DNA of 60,296 bases, the filler included, from Bipalium vagum (taxonomy: Eukaryota): assembly GCA_037834085.1 (NCBI GenBank). It is 3 parts of 3 records of this genome, joined end to end, with 100 filler letters (N's around TTAATTAATTAA, not from the genome) between each part and the next. Parts side by side here need not be neighbours in the genome. Positions count along the whole stretch, not along the records: positions 1 to 22,012 come from JBBMKC010228203.1; 2 more parts are not named here. The stretch is one strand, 5' to 3'. Both the position numbers and the translations under genes were made by a program. Positions 1 to 11,330 of the stretch are shown here, piece after piece (the first letter of the stretch is position 1; every line of letters starts with the position of its first letter). The notes under the pieces are model-generated. The model made no database searches. It was not told the origin of the DNA and saw nothing but the letters and a program-made list of their open reading frames with translations.

Positions 1-12
1 TTATTATTATTA

Positions 13-73
<61 letters not shown>
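1..73. repeat. (TTA)n microsatellite
   Basis: Near-perfect TTA/ATT trinucleotide run at the window start. Confidence 0.95.
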
Positions 74-75
<2 letters not shown>

Positions 76-599
76 TTATTTTTAATTTATTTTTAAGGTC
101 TCATCTTATCAAAATTTAAAGATAAATATTAAAATATTTTTCGTTTTCTATAATATGTGAGAACTCTTATTTATTTTCTCTAAAATTTTATTTATTTTTG
201 TATAAAATTTATTTCGGAGATTCGCTGGCAATATTATGATAATCCAGAATATTATTCTTCAGATAATTAGATTAGATTTGATCAAATCCTTTTTCACGGA
301 TCCAGTCTCTACGACGATGTCAACTGAGTGCATCTAATATGTTTCATTGAGGAATAAACCTCCCAATAATATTAATGTTTCTCTTCACTTGAATAAATAT
401 ATATATTTTAATTAAATTATCACAATTTTTTAATAAAAACATTTTTTGAAACGAAATAATAAAATTTTCAAAGAATTCATCATTACTATAGATTAAATCA
501 TCGTACGGGAGGCTGTAGGACTGATAATGACATTATTTAATTAACTAATTATTAGATAGTTCGAAACTTGATTGACGTGTGTACGAAAGAAAATGAACA

Positions 600-1130
600 G
601 TAAATAATTTTAAATTGAAAACAAATATTCATAAAAAGGTGTTTCCATTACATTTATACATTGTTCCAGGGCGACTTAAAGATCACACTTTGATAAAAAT
701 CATTCCGTTTAAGAAGTGAGCGACGGATCTCATAAAGACGATTATCTTGATTTTGTTCAGAATATGTGGTACGAATTTTTCAAGCTTCTTTACCTTTCCT
801 ATCTGCTTCAGGTGACGCCAGACCGTTTTAGGATTAAGGCCTATTTCTATGGCAATTTCTCGTGTATGAAAAATAAGCTTCCATGATGTCTGTCATTTGA
901 TCATTGTTAACATCTCCATGGCAACCACAACCTTTACGATCATTAAGGTCAAAATTTCCATTTCGAAATTTTTTGAACCAACGTTGAACTGTTGATTCGT
1001 TAACTATTCCCTCTCCCCAAACTTTGTTGACATTTTGAGCTTTTTCTGCTGTATTACATTCAATTTTGCATTCGTAGAATTAAAATACTCTTAAATCTTT
1101 CTTTTGACATTCCTTGTTTTCAAGCTAAAT
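600..1130 (-). mobile_element. Decayed mariner transposase, N-terminal half
   Basis: Minus strand reads TVQRWFKKFRNGNFDLND (mariner HTH); multiple frameshifts and stops. Confidence 0.75.
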
Positions 1131-1181
1131 AAATATCAATATTGTTTATTAATTTTTTAATGATTAGTATTTAAACAGAGC

Positions 1182-1900
1182 AGGATTTCCCAACCTTTTT
1201 GGTATCGCGACCTCATTTTTGAACCAAACACATGTTGGCGACCCCACTATATATGAAATACAAAAACAATTAATTAACATTAATTTATTATTAATAACAA
1301 AACATTTATTCAATCACCAAATCTTAATGAGACTGTTAATATTGTAACTCATTGACTAGCTTTAAAATACGTGGTTGCGTTTGTGTTAATGGCAACATCA
1401 TTTCGGCATTAACATTAAGTCGGTTTCTCTCACATAGATATGTTGAAGCAAAGAGAAGTAAAATTCTAAATGCAATCATTGTGAATTTTTTATATGAGCG
1501 ATATATAGCACACCAGAAGTGAGTTATCAGATTTTCGTCATATAAGTGGCGAGCCACAGAATCGTTCCGAAAGTCCAAGAGCTCATTTTGCACATCATCA
1601 GGAATACTGGATATATCAATGGAATCAGAAAACGAATATCGTACTAGTAAAGCTTCTTCCTTAGTCAACAAAAAAATAATAGCCAAGCAGTTAATTGTTT
1701 CTAAACAAGTTATTACGATTATCTACAAAAATGGGAAAATTAAAGAAGAAATATGGGCTATGCATGAACTGAATGAGAAAATAGTGGAGAAACAAGAAAA
1801 ATTACGCAATGGTGTTTTTCCTGTCCCCCATAGGCAAGTATTGACTGCACTTGGTGCAGAGATCAATTTACTTTTGACGGTGCACAGTGTGATTTGTCTC
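1182..1900 (-). mobile_element. hAT (Charlie/Buster-type) transposon 3' remnant
   Basis: ORF 1336-1686 has hAT dimerization-region motifs (FWC...AFRILLLFASTYLCE). Charlie-like terminus CAGGATTTCCCAACCTTTT at ~1182. Confidence 0.75.
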
Positions 1901-2042
1901 GACTCCTAACGTGCATTGAATTTTATATTTAGTGTCGTTTGGGACTCCAGGATCCTTCACACTGCCATCATCTAGAGACCTTGTGAATATGATATTTACT
2001 CAATGTACATAATTTTCTCGACTGCTGTACTTGATACAGATG

Positions 2043-3200
2043 TACAACCTGGACAAAAAAATGAGGCTTACATAATTTATATCATATATTATGAAAACAT
2101 TTATTTTAACAATTTTACAGCAATTTTAAAAAAATTTTCAAACAATATCTCATTAACCAAATAAAAAATATTAATAAGGGATATATTTCCATTTGGCCAA
2201 TTTAAGAAACTTGAGCCGTTTGGGCAGGCTATATGATAGTCTCTGACAAGGTTCTGTATTAATGATTTTCCATTCTTTCTCGACTGCTTTCCACAGCTGG
2301 TCAGGAGTATTGAAATTTTCCCCGGCTAGTTTTACCTTAATGTATGCCCATATATTCTCTATGGGATTAAGATCTGGCGATTGTCCCGGCCAAAACATAA
2401 CCGGTACACCTTTTTTCTTCAACCATGCTTTTGTTGATTTTGCTGTGTGCGCCGGTGCATTGTCCTGTTGGAAAATAACATATTGTCTTTTTTTCCGTGC
2501 ATAACTTTTTGATGCTTGGAAGCAATCCAATATCTAATATCCTTTGGTACTCTTCAGCATTAATTGACACAGTACATCGTATAAACTCACCAACTCCAGA
2601 TGCTGAGAATATTCCCCAAACCATAATTCCCCCAGCGCCATGTTTTTTTGAGGTGGAAATACATTACAATACATATTTTCCGGTTGATCTTCGAAGAAAG
2701 CGTTCAGGGTCATCACTATGAAGTTAAAATCGACATTCACTCCAGAACACATTTTGGAACCACTGAGAATCATACATACCGTAAAGATTATAAAAATTTA
2801 ATCTGTCTTTAATATTTTTTTTGAATAAAAAGTTTTCCTTGTACAATGCATAGATGCAAACCCGAATTCTTTCACTCGTTTTGCAATTGTTTTTTGAGAA
2901 ACTGTTTCATTATTTCCATTTTTTAATTCTTCAGCTAATTTTGTAATTTTGAAATTTAATGACCTCAAATTTCAGTCTGTTGTTATCTCAACTTGTAGTT
3001 TTTCTGGGTCTGCCTGAGCCTGGTTTTCTCTTAACAGAACGTGTTGTCTTGAACTGGTAGCCAATTCTTTGTATTGTGCATAATGGAATTTGAATACCAT
3101 GCTTCTTCAAAATATTCTGCATTTCAGGATATCACAGTTTTGTGTAACAAAATTATCCATGTATTCATAAGTTACCAAAAAATTGAGCATATATATAACG
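2043..3200 (-). mobile_element. Tc1-like element, decayed
   Basis: Motifs MVWGIFS, FQQDNAPAHTAK and WPGQSPDLNPIENIW across frameshifted ORFs 2171-2773. TA-flanked TIR-like end TACAACCTGGACAAAAAAATG at 2043. Confidence 0.9.
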
Positions 3201-3332
3201 ATGAGAAATATCGTAAGTTAAAATTTAATAATATGTTCTCAAAATAAATGTGTTTAATTTCTTAAAAATACACAGAAAAGAATCTTTTAACACAATTTCA
3301 AATGTCCACTGGTTATTAAGGTTTATTGTATT

Positions 3333-3563
3333 TATGAGGAGACTAATCATACCTGGGGAATTTTTTCAATTATTTATTGTAATTATTTTAAAATATTTAA
3401 AAATTAAAAATGAAATTTTAAAAGTAAACTTATCTTTAAAATAAAAAAGAAGAATTTCCAGGTTTGAGAAAATTTGTTTAAATATTATTTTATTTATCAC
3501 TTATTAAATTTATTCAAAAAATGACTTGTAGTTCTGATTTCAAACCGATTGATATTAACAGTA
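3333..3563 (+). repeat. Dispersed ~230-bp repeat, copy 1
   Basis: TATGAGGAGACTAATCATACCTGG...AAACCGATTGATATTAAC; homologous to 24381-24610 and 53740-54042 (both reversed). Confidence 0.8.
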
Positions 3564-5089
3564 TTAATTAAATAATTACATTTAAATATATTAAAAAACT
3601 TATGTTATCAGAGAGCATTTGTTTTAAATCGGAATTTTTATTCGACCAAAATAATAATAAATCACACCGGGAAATTATGTTGAACTTATTAAAATATTTT
3701 TCCAGTTAATCATTTGATTAACGTTTAAATTGTAATTAAAATAAAGTTTAATTAAATGAGCAAACCGATATCTCATTGAAATATAAATAATTTTTTCCTT
3801 TTTTTAATTGTTAAAATTAATATCATATTTTAATATTATTTAAAATATTAATAATATTTAATTGCCATTCAAACTGGCAAGTTTTTCACGAAAAATCTCT
3901 GTTTCTCCGTTTGTAAAATAGAAATAATTAATCAAAATAAGATTATCGATTGTCATAAGAGTTTGATTGGTTTCTGTTCAATTGATAAAACAAATTTATA
4001 TTTTCGCAATTTTTTAAAAATTATTTAACAATTTATCAGAAATATTTAAAAATAAAATAAAGGTTTTGTACTCATTGAGAAATATTATTTTTCCCAATCT
4101 CAGCAAACAAATCCATAATATTTTTTAAGAAGACTTATTAAAATTTTCTTTTCCGTTTATGTCGGAGAAAAGGCTTTTAAAAATTCAATTAATTTTAATC
4201 ACATTTTGGAACAATGAAGGAATATAATAACATAAATAATAAATGTATGAAGCAATTTAAAATCAACAAAATTTTATTCATATCGTGCTCTGAATTTTAA
4301 TTACAAGAATGACTTTGACTGAGGTCCTAACATCGATTCCAAGTGACAGAAATCGTTTTTAATTTCATATTAAATGCGTAGCAGACATATTATTAAAATG
4401 TTAGACAATTTATAACAGTGTTTGGAAATTATTATTATTATTATTATTAAAGTATTATTTAAATGTAAAAAACATTTGATAATCGACTTAAATTTTAACA
4501 TTTAATACATTTGTTTGGTTAATGTAATTTTTAAGAGTTTTGGTAATTCTGCTTAATATCACCAACTTAACTTTTGTATAATATATTATCAATATATATA
4601 TGTAATAGTAAAAACTTTGTTACAAATATGTAACAAGTTATGGATCAAGGTTATATTAAAATATAGAATCAAATAGTACTTTATAGTTAATACGTCTACT
4701 ATAACTCTAAACTTAAAGTAAAAATTTAAACACTTAATACTAATACTACTTTTTTTTTAAAAAGGTGATTCGAATAAAATATAACTATTTCAAAACACTT
4801 TATTTATATTAAACTTTGTTACAATTATGTAACAAGTTATGCAAAATATTAAATTTACTTTTCAAAAATAAAGCATATAATTCAGGCTGTTGGAATCTCT
4901 CTAGCTTGTTATCCTCTTTTCGTCTAACAGTGTTGGTTTTGACTGACCTCCGATTCAGTTAGTTTCGTTGATTTTCTTTGAGCGTTGATGTTCGTGTTTT
5001 TTCACTAATTGTTTTTGGTCCTTTTATAGTTGGAATACTTTCACGTAGGTTTAATTTTTGTTATCGGTTTTAAACGGTTTTTGAATTCT

Positions 5090-5266
5090 GCTTTGCGGAG
5101 GACTGAATTTGACTCAATCTGGTTTTATCTTGATAGAATTATTTGTTATGGTATTATTATAGCTTGTCCAATCTTTCTGTTTTTGCGTAGTACTGAATTT
5201 GTCTCGATTTGGTTTTATCTCGATTTATAGAATTATTTGTTATGGTCTTGTTATAGATTGTCCAAT
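5090..5266. repeat. Degenerate ~90-bp tandem duplication
   Basis: ACTGAATTTG.CTC.AT.TGGTTTTATCT...TAGAATTATTTGTTATGGT.TT.TTATAG.TTGTCCAAT occurs at ~5102 and ~5192. Confidence 0.85.
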
Positions 5267-6573
5267 TTCGTTTGTATAATTTTGTCTTTTCTTTCTTCTG
5301 ATTTTATTGTAATTTCTGTTTCCTTTTATATGATTCTGTTATCCTTCTTTTTTCTATTTTTACTATTTTCTTATAAAAACTAACTATTTTCTTTCCTGAT
5401 TTCTATTATTAGTAAGTTATTGTTGCATTAATATAAATTTTCTTAAAATATTAATAAATAAATAAAAATATTTATCGTTTTACTATTTATTAAGAATCAG
5501 TCAAAATCGATTTTGTAATACATATATTCAACTTGGAAATAAAAATGTTAAAAGGACAGTACAATTTACAAATAATTGTCAAACATAAAGATGTCAAAAG
5601 AGAATCACACAAATGTCAATATTGTAAGGATCACATAATCACAAATAATGAAAGGAGAATATCGCACAATGTCATTGCTCCGGATTGATTGTTTGAATTG
5701 AAAGAATTGTAACGGGTGGATTTGGTCGTAGTCTCCACATAATGTATCAGAGGGGCATCAACTGCTTAAGATTTTTAATTTCGAGGATTGCAAAATACGT
5801 CTGTACATTAAAAAATATTGAAAAGTAAAATATTTGTTGGGGAAAAAATTTTTAAATTTTCAAAATCCATTTCCATTCCTTTAAAATTTAATATATATAA
5901 CCACACGGGTGTTCCTCAAGCATTTGACTTTTTATAAGTACTTTGTCATACTTTCATTAGTACTTGGTTTTTCGATATTTAATGAAAATCTGCATAAACA
6001 AGAAAAAACTTTATCTTTATAAAAAATATTATTTTTCAAAATTATGAGAAAATGAAGAAGAATTAAAAACTTTGATTATTACTACATCAGACTTAAAACC
6101 TCAAAGTTGAGAAGAAAGAAAATTGCTGATCGACACACTGAAAGGTCATAATTACAAAATAAACCTGGCGAATCCGTTTATTGATCGATTTATTGAATTT
6201 ATAAAGCTGATAATAGTTTATTTTTACAAGATAAAATAAAACTTTATGTTTCGATATTCGTATATTATGATCACTTTGACACGTTCACTCAAACCAGTTA
6301 AACAGTTTAGTCTTAATTGTATTGGTCGACCAAGTGATGACGATCAACAGTGCAAAACGAGAACAAGTTCATTTTTAATATTTATAATATCCATAAAATG
6401 GTTTCGTTATAATATCTAAAAATATTCAAATAATTCAGAAAGGAACAATCACCATTGTGCATTGCCTGTGCGTAAATTATATTGCAAAAATTTAAAATAA
6501 ATATGCTAAAACACAGAAATGTTCAGGAAGAGAAAATGTAATCGTAAACTAAACTATTCTGAATTTATGGAAA

Positions 6574-7400
6574 TGTTGAAAGTTGTAATATTTTATTGGG
6601 GAAAAAAGGTGAAAACAATATTTATAATAAGAATAGTAATAACGACAATAATAATAAAATCATAAAAGTAATCATAATAATAAATGTGTATCGGATAGAG
6701 GGATAATTGCATCACTCCTTATTTTCTCACGATCAATAAGTACATGTATAATACGAATATCATGTAAACTATAATATATATACTTCAACAAAAACTTATT
6801 AATTGGAGAATAATTTTAAATTTTGAACGTGACATCAGAGTCTCGGCGTCGGGACTTTCATGAAAAATTGATAATAAACTAAACTCCTTTGTCGGAGTTA
6901 TATTTGACATAACTTAACCGTTTTTGTCTCGGCTTGGAGATAGAGTTAGGAATTGTAGGCTATTATCGGAAATAGGTGTCTCAAGCCGTGGGGATTGGTG
7001 ATCGTAGCCCAATCTCCGCGACTATATAAAGAGATGGTTATTCTCACACAGGGCCCACTATTGAAAAAATTATCTCAGCAACTCTTGACGATTTCATTTA
7101 AAGAAGACATTTACATTTTGAAAGGATCGAAATTTTAGCCAGACAAGAAAGGATACTATTGTGTGGATGATAAGGACAAGTCAAGAATTATTCATAGACG
7201 ACCACGGAGATTGGAGTAATATATATTTCTTTTTGCTACAATATGCCAACGGAACAGAATTTTACAAGGGGACCCAACGAGCTTGGGACTTCCGCGGCGA
7301 TCTCAAAAGGGCCTAGTGGACGACTCGGGGACCCCTTGTCGCTCTGGGTGAGGTCATTTACTTGATTTTCTTAATTTTATTTTAATCGATTGTATTCAGT
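6574..7400 (+). mobile_element. LTR-like repeat, copy A (TATA box, GC-rich leader)
   Basis: 6880-7380 is homologous to the reverse complement of ~29200-29600. Starts TGTTGAA..TGTAATATTTT like 18994. TATATAAA at 7023. Boundaries approximate. Confidence 0.6.
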
Positions 7401-7685
7401 TTTATTTTTGACATTAGTATTGATTTAATACTAATTAATTTTTAATTTCGCTTACATATCAGTTGGATGATCATGAAATAATCCTGTGGGAAGACCAAGG
7501 AAGGATCCAAAAGTTTCGCGTTCACAAGGAATTAGTCGAGAAACCAGGAGGATCCTACGAAGAGAGTATCTAACCAGATTGACTGAAAGATACAGAAAGC
7601 AGCATGAAGAAAAAGAGTATAATGAAGCAATAACTTTAAAAAGTAGGCATTTTGATTATATAAAAATTTTTATTCATCTTTAGAA

Positions 7686-8180
7686 ATGAATATAAATAAA
7701 AAAGAAATGCTATGCATAATGAAATTTTATTTCTTGAAAGGTAAAAATGCTACTCAGGTAACTAAAAAGGTTAATGTTCTTTATGCAGCGGATATTGTTT
7801 CCGACAGAACAGTCCGTGAATGGTTCGCAAAATTTCGTTCCGGAAATTTTGATGTCAAAGACGCACCTCGTTCTGGCCGACCAATCTGTGAAAAAGTCGA
7901 TAAAATGATTAGGTTGAAGGTTAAAGAAGACAGGAATATAAGCAGCCACAAAATAGCTCAGGAATTGTGGATTCATCATCAAACAGTTTTAAATCATTTA
8001 GAGAAATGTGGATATACAAAGAAACTGGATAATTTGACTGAAAAGAATTTGAAAGACCGAATTTCAATATGCCAAACATTGTTGAATAATCGATCCATTT
8101 TTGAAACGTCTTATTACATGTGAAGAAAATTGGATCGAGTAGGATAATAACATACGAAAAAGGTCTTGAACAAAATGTGG
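7686..8180 (+). mobile_element. Mariner transposase N-terminal HTH fragment with no visible 5' TIR
   Basis: ORF 7686-8123 contains RTVREWFAKFRSGNFDVKDAPRSGRP and a second HTH. WVPH linker deleted; frameshift before PFLKRLITCEENW. Confidence 0.9.
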
Positions 8181-8289
8181 CGAGGATTTCTTCAATTAGA
8201 CCAATGACAGATGGGTGATATGATATCTTATTTTGCACGTTTTTGTGGTCTTTGGCGAGTTTCTTCATGTGTTTCTTCACTCCTAGAGA

Positions 8290-8919
8290 TTAGAAAACTA
8301 TGATGTTGTTTGTGATCATATCTCGGATCTTTTGTCGGATTGAGACTCTGTCTGGCTCATGCAACTGTATGTTGTGATTACATAAGAATTGATTTGCAAA
8401 TGAACAGATTTAAACCCCACAATCATATCCGTTAGGCTGCTGTGGACATGATTTGAGTGGGAAAAACAGAGTGACACAGGTCGAAGGATGTTCGAGCATC
8501 TCTCGATAAATGACGTTAACTTGTCACCAAAGCTCGCATCTACTGTACAAGAGGCAGTCCACAATGAATTGGTGATATACACCGATCTGGTGTTGTTATC
8601 TGTCAGGTATATTATCCAATGGTTCCCGTTAATGTGAATTGGCCAGGTGATCTTTGTACATTTTTCAAAATTGATATTTTGAAGAAACGAGTTCACCAAG
8701 TGCAGATTTTCCTCGTAGATTTGAATTGAGCAATAGATGATGTTTATTGTCAATTGGTACACTTTTCCAAATGAAGTTCTCGATGGTTATATAGCTGAGA
8801 TATTCACCAGAATTTCCTTCTTTGATGTACGATTCATCAAACTGTATTGGAAGAAATTTCAGTTTTTTGAGCTTGCTATTTTGTGCTTGTTTAATTAATT
8901 TTTCTGTATACTGGAGCAT
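8290..8919 (-). pseudogene. Ulp1/SENP (C48) cysteine protease pseudogene
   Basis: GEYLSYITIENF, WPIHINGNHWIIYLTD, YITNSL and frameshifted CPQQPNGYDCGV* (~8412-8448). Two frameshifts and a stop. Confidence 0.75.
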
Positions 8920-10419
8920 TTGTATACATCACAATTAGTACGTAGAGTACAAACATATTCTTCAGGTTCTGGGAGATAGAATTGGAGCTCCCATTCTTAT
9001 CCGTTGTTGATGAATTTTGGTTGGGTGATTGAGTCTATTGAGATGGTGTAGTCACACCTTTCAGGTTGATTAACAACGTTTGGATTGAAAACAGTAAGTA
9101 TCTCTGCCTGTCACGTGGAGGGCCCGGGGAGTATTTTTTCCTTTTGCGTAATCCTCGACAGCCAATGTAGGCAAAAAACCGGCAGGCAAATGCTTAATTT
9201 TCTGGTAAAAAGTTCGTTTGTTTTTGGTTTGTAATGAAACAGCAAAACTTTGCAAAAATTCCAAAATTAAACATAAATTGAATTTTACAACATTTTTAAA
9301 AAATTTTCACAAATCAGCAGACATTGACTGATTGAATTGAGTTGTTATTAAGGTCTTATTTTCCTTTGCTTCTGTTCTTTTTTAAACATTTTTATTGCTG
9401 TATCTTCACAAAATATATTTTGATTGAAATATTTCCTCATAATTTGATTTAATATAAAAACCAAAACACATGATTTCATGTTTGAATAACATTGAAAAAA
9501 GTTATTTTTTATTAATGTTATTATAAGCTTCATATTAATAATATATTGTAAATAATATATAATAAATAAAAAATTTCTCAATTCTAAATATTTATTTTAG
9601 GAAAAGTATTTTTGGTGCTTTATGTTGTCTACAATCAATTTTGAAATGTTTTTCTAATTCATTTTTAGTTTGAAAAGAAAATAAGAAATTTAAACATGAA
9701 AAAGATAAATTTTTTAAAAAATTTGTTTCTAAAAATATAGAAACATCTTTAAATAAAATAGAATGATTATAATTAATATGTATATTTTCTACTGATATAG
9801 ATATTTCACATGTAAATGTTTTATATGTATTTTCTCATTTTAATAAAATCATTAACTTCGAAAATTGACTTTGAAATTACACTTTTGTTTATTAAAAACT
9901 TTTAATATTATCTAAATTTATATATTTTAAATAATTGTGGGAATTCTAGATTATTTTCAACTGGAAAAATTGAAGCTACGATTGACCAAATAAAACAATA
10001 TTGATCTTCATTTTTAATATTTAAAACAGAATTATATCTGAAATTTTATGACTTCCTCTTTGTGATGTTTCATATTCTAAAATAACTAATGATATTTTAC
10101 TTTATAAACCATTAAACCAATTTCAGCTGCTTCATATTCTTCCATTTCAGTTTTTAAATAATTATAAATTTCATTTAAGTTATTTTTAAAATCTTCATTT
10201 TTAGTAACAGCTTTCGAGAAATTTATGATACTATTATCTTTGTCAATCTCTTGAGGATCTAAATAAGTACAAATTAAACGTATTTACATTTAAAATGAAT
10301 GAATATTTTCATAATGATAATTATAATTAGTTATATTTTCATAAACATTAAACATATCTCATGGTATTTCTTGACATTTGATTTCTCATAAATTTTGATA
10401 ATTTTATATTATATTATTA

Positions 10420-10800
10420 AAATTGATAGAACGATCTTGGTACTTAGTCAGTCAAACGGCTGATAAAAATTGCTTCAGAAAAGCGGGTTTTCCAAAATCA
10501 GAGAGTGAAGTAAAGTAAAAAAAAGAAATGGTGCAGTTAGAAATGGCAAATGTGATGAAAATCTAAATTGTTAAGATGACTTGACTGCCGATGAAATTGT
10601 CCAGGTATTGGGACAAAAAAATAATGCAGATGATTAAGAAGACCACGAAGATCAAGAATAAGTCTATCGCATGGATGGATGTGAGGCCCTAAGAAAAATT
10701 CGTGCCTACTCTTTGAGAGAATAACGGGGAAAACAAGAACTTTAAACAAAGTAGAACATTAATTGTTTATATTTGGTGCTGCAAAGAAGAAAAAATATAA
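10420..10800 (+). mobile_element. pogo/Tigger C-terminal remnant
   Basis: LIERSWYLVSQTADKNCFRKAGF followed by an acidic tail. Confidence 0.6.
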
Positions 10801-10929
10801 TTTTTTTTTCACAAATTATGTTATTTAATAATTAATAAATTGTGTTATTTTTCTTTAAAATTAATTGTTATTAAAACAAAATTAATTAAAAATGAAAAAC
10901 TGTATAAATGCACTTGATTTTCGTGCACC

Positions 10930-11330
10930 GCTGATGTGCATTTATCCGGTTTTGACTGTAATGTCAAAATAACTAGTTCATTTACGCAGTGAACTCGGAG
11001 TAAAGAAAATGGGTGGAACGACACGATAAAGTCATGCTTCATTTTAACACAAGGTCTCATGTTGCAAAATCCGTAAAAGACACTCTTAAGTTTCCAATTG
11101 GAAAGTTTTACCGCACCAACCGTATTCTCCGGACATTGCCCCCTCAGACTATCACCTCTTCCGCTCAATGGCTCATGGTCTTGCAGAACAGCACTTCCAA
11201 AATGTCCAAGATGTCAAAAATGGTTGGATGATTGGATTGTCTTAGTCTGAAATTTCTTCAAAGATGAAATTCATAAATTACCTAATTTATGGGAAAATGT
11301 AGTTAAAAACGATGGAAATCGTTTGTAATA
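10930..11330 (+). mobile_element. Mariner catalytic-domain remnant
   Basis: RHDKVMLHFNTRSHVAK; PHQPYSPDIAPSDYHLFRSM. Confidence 0.85.
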
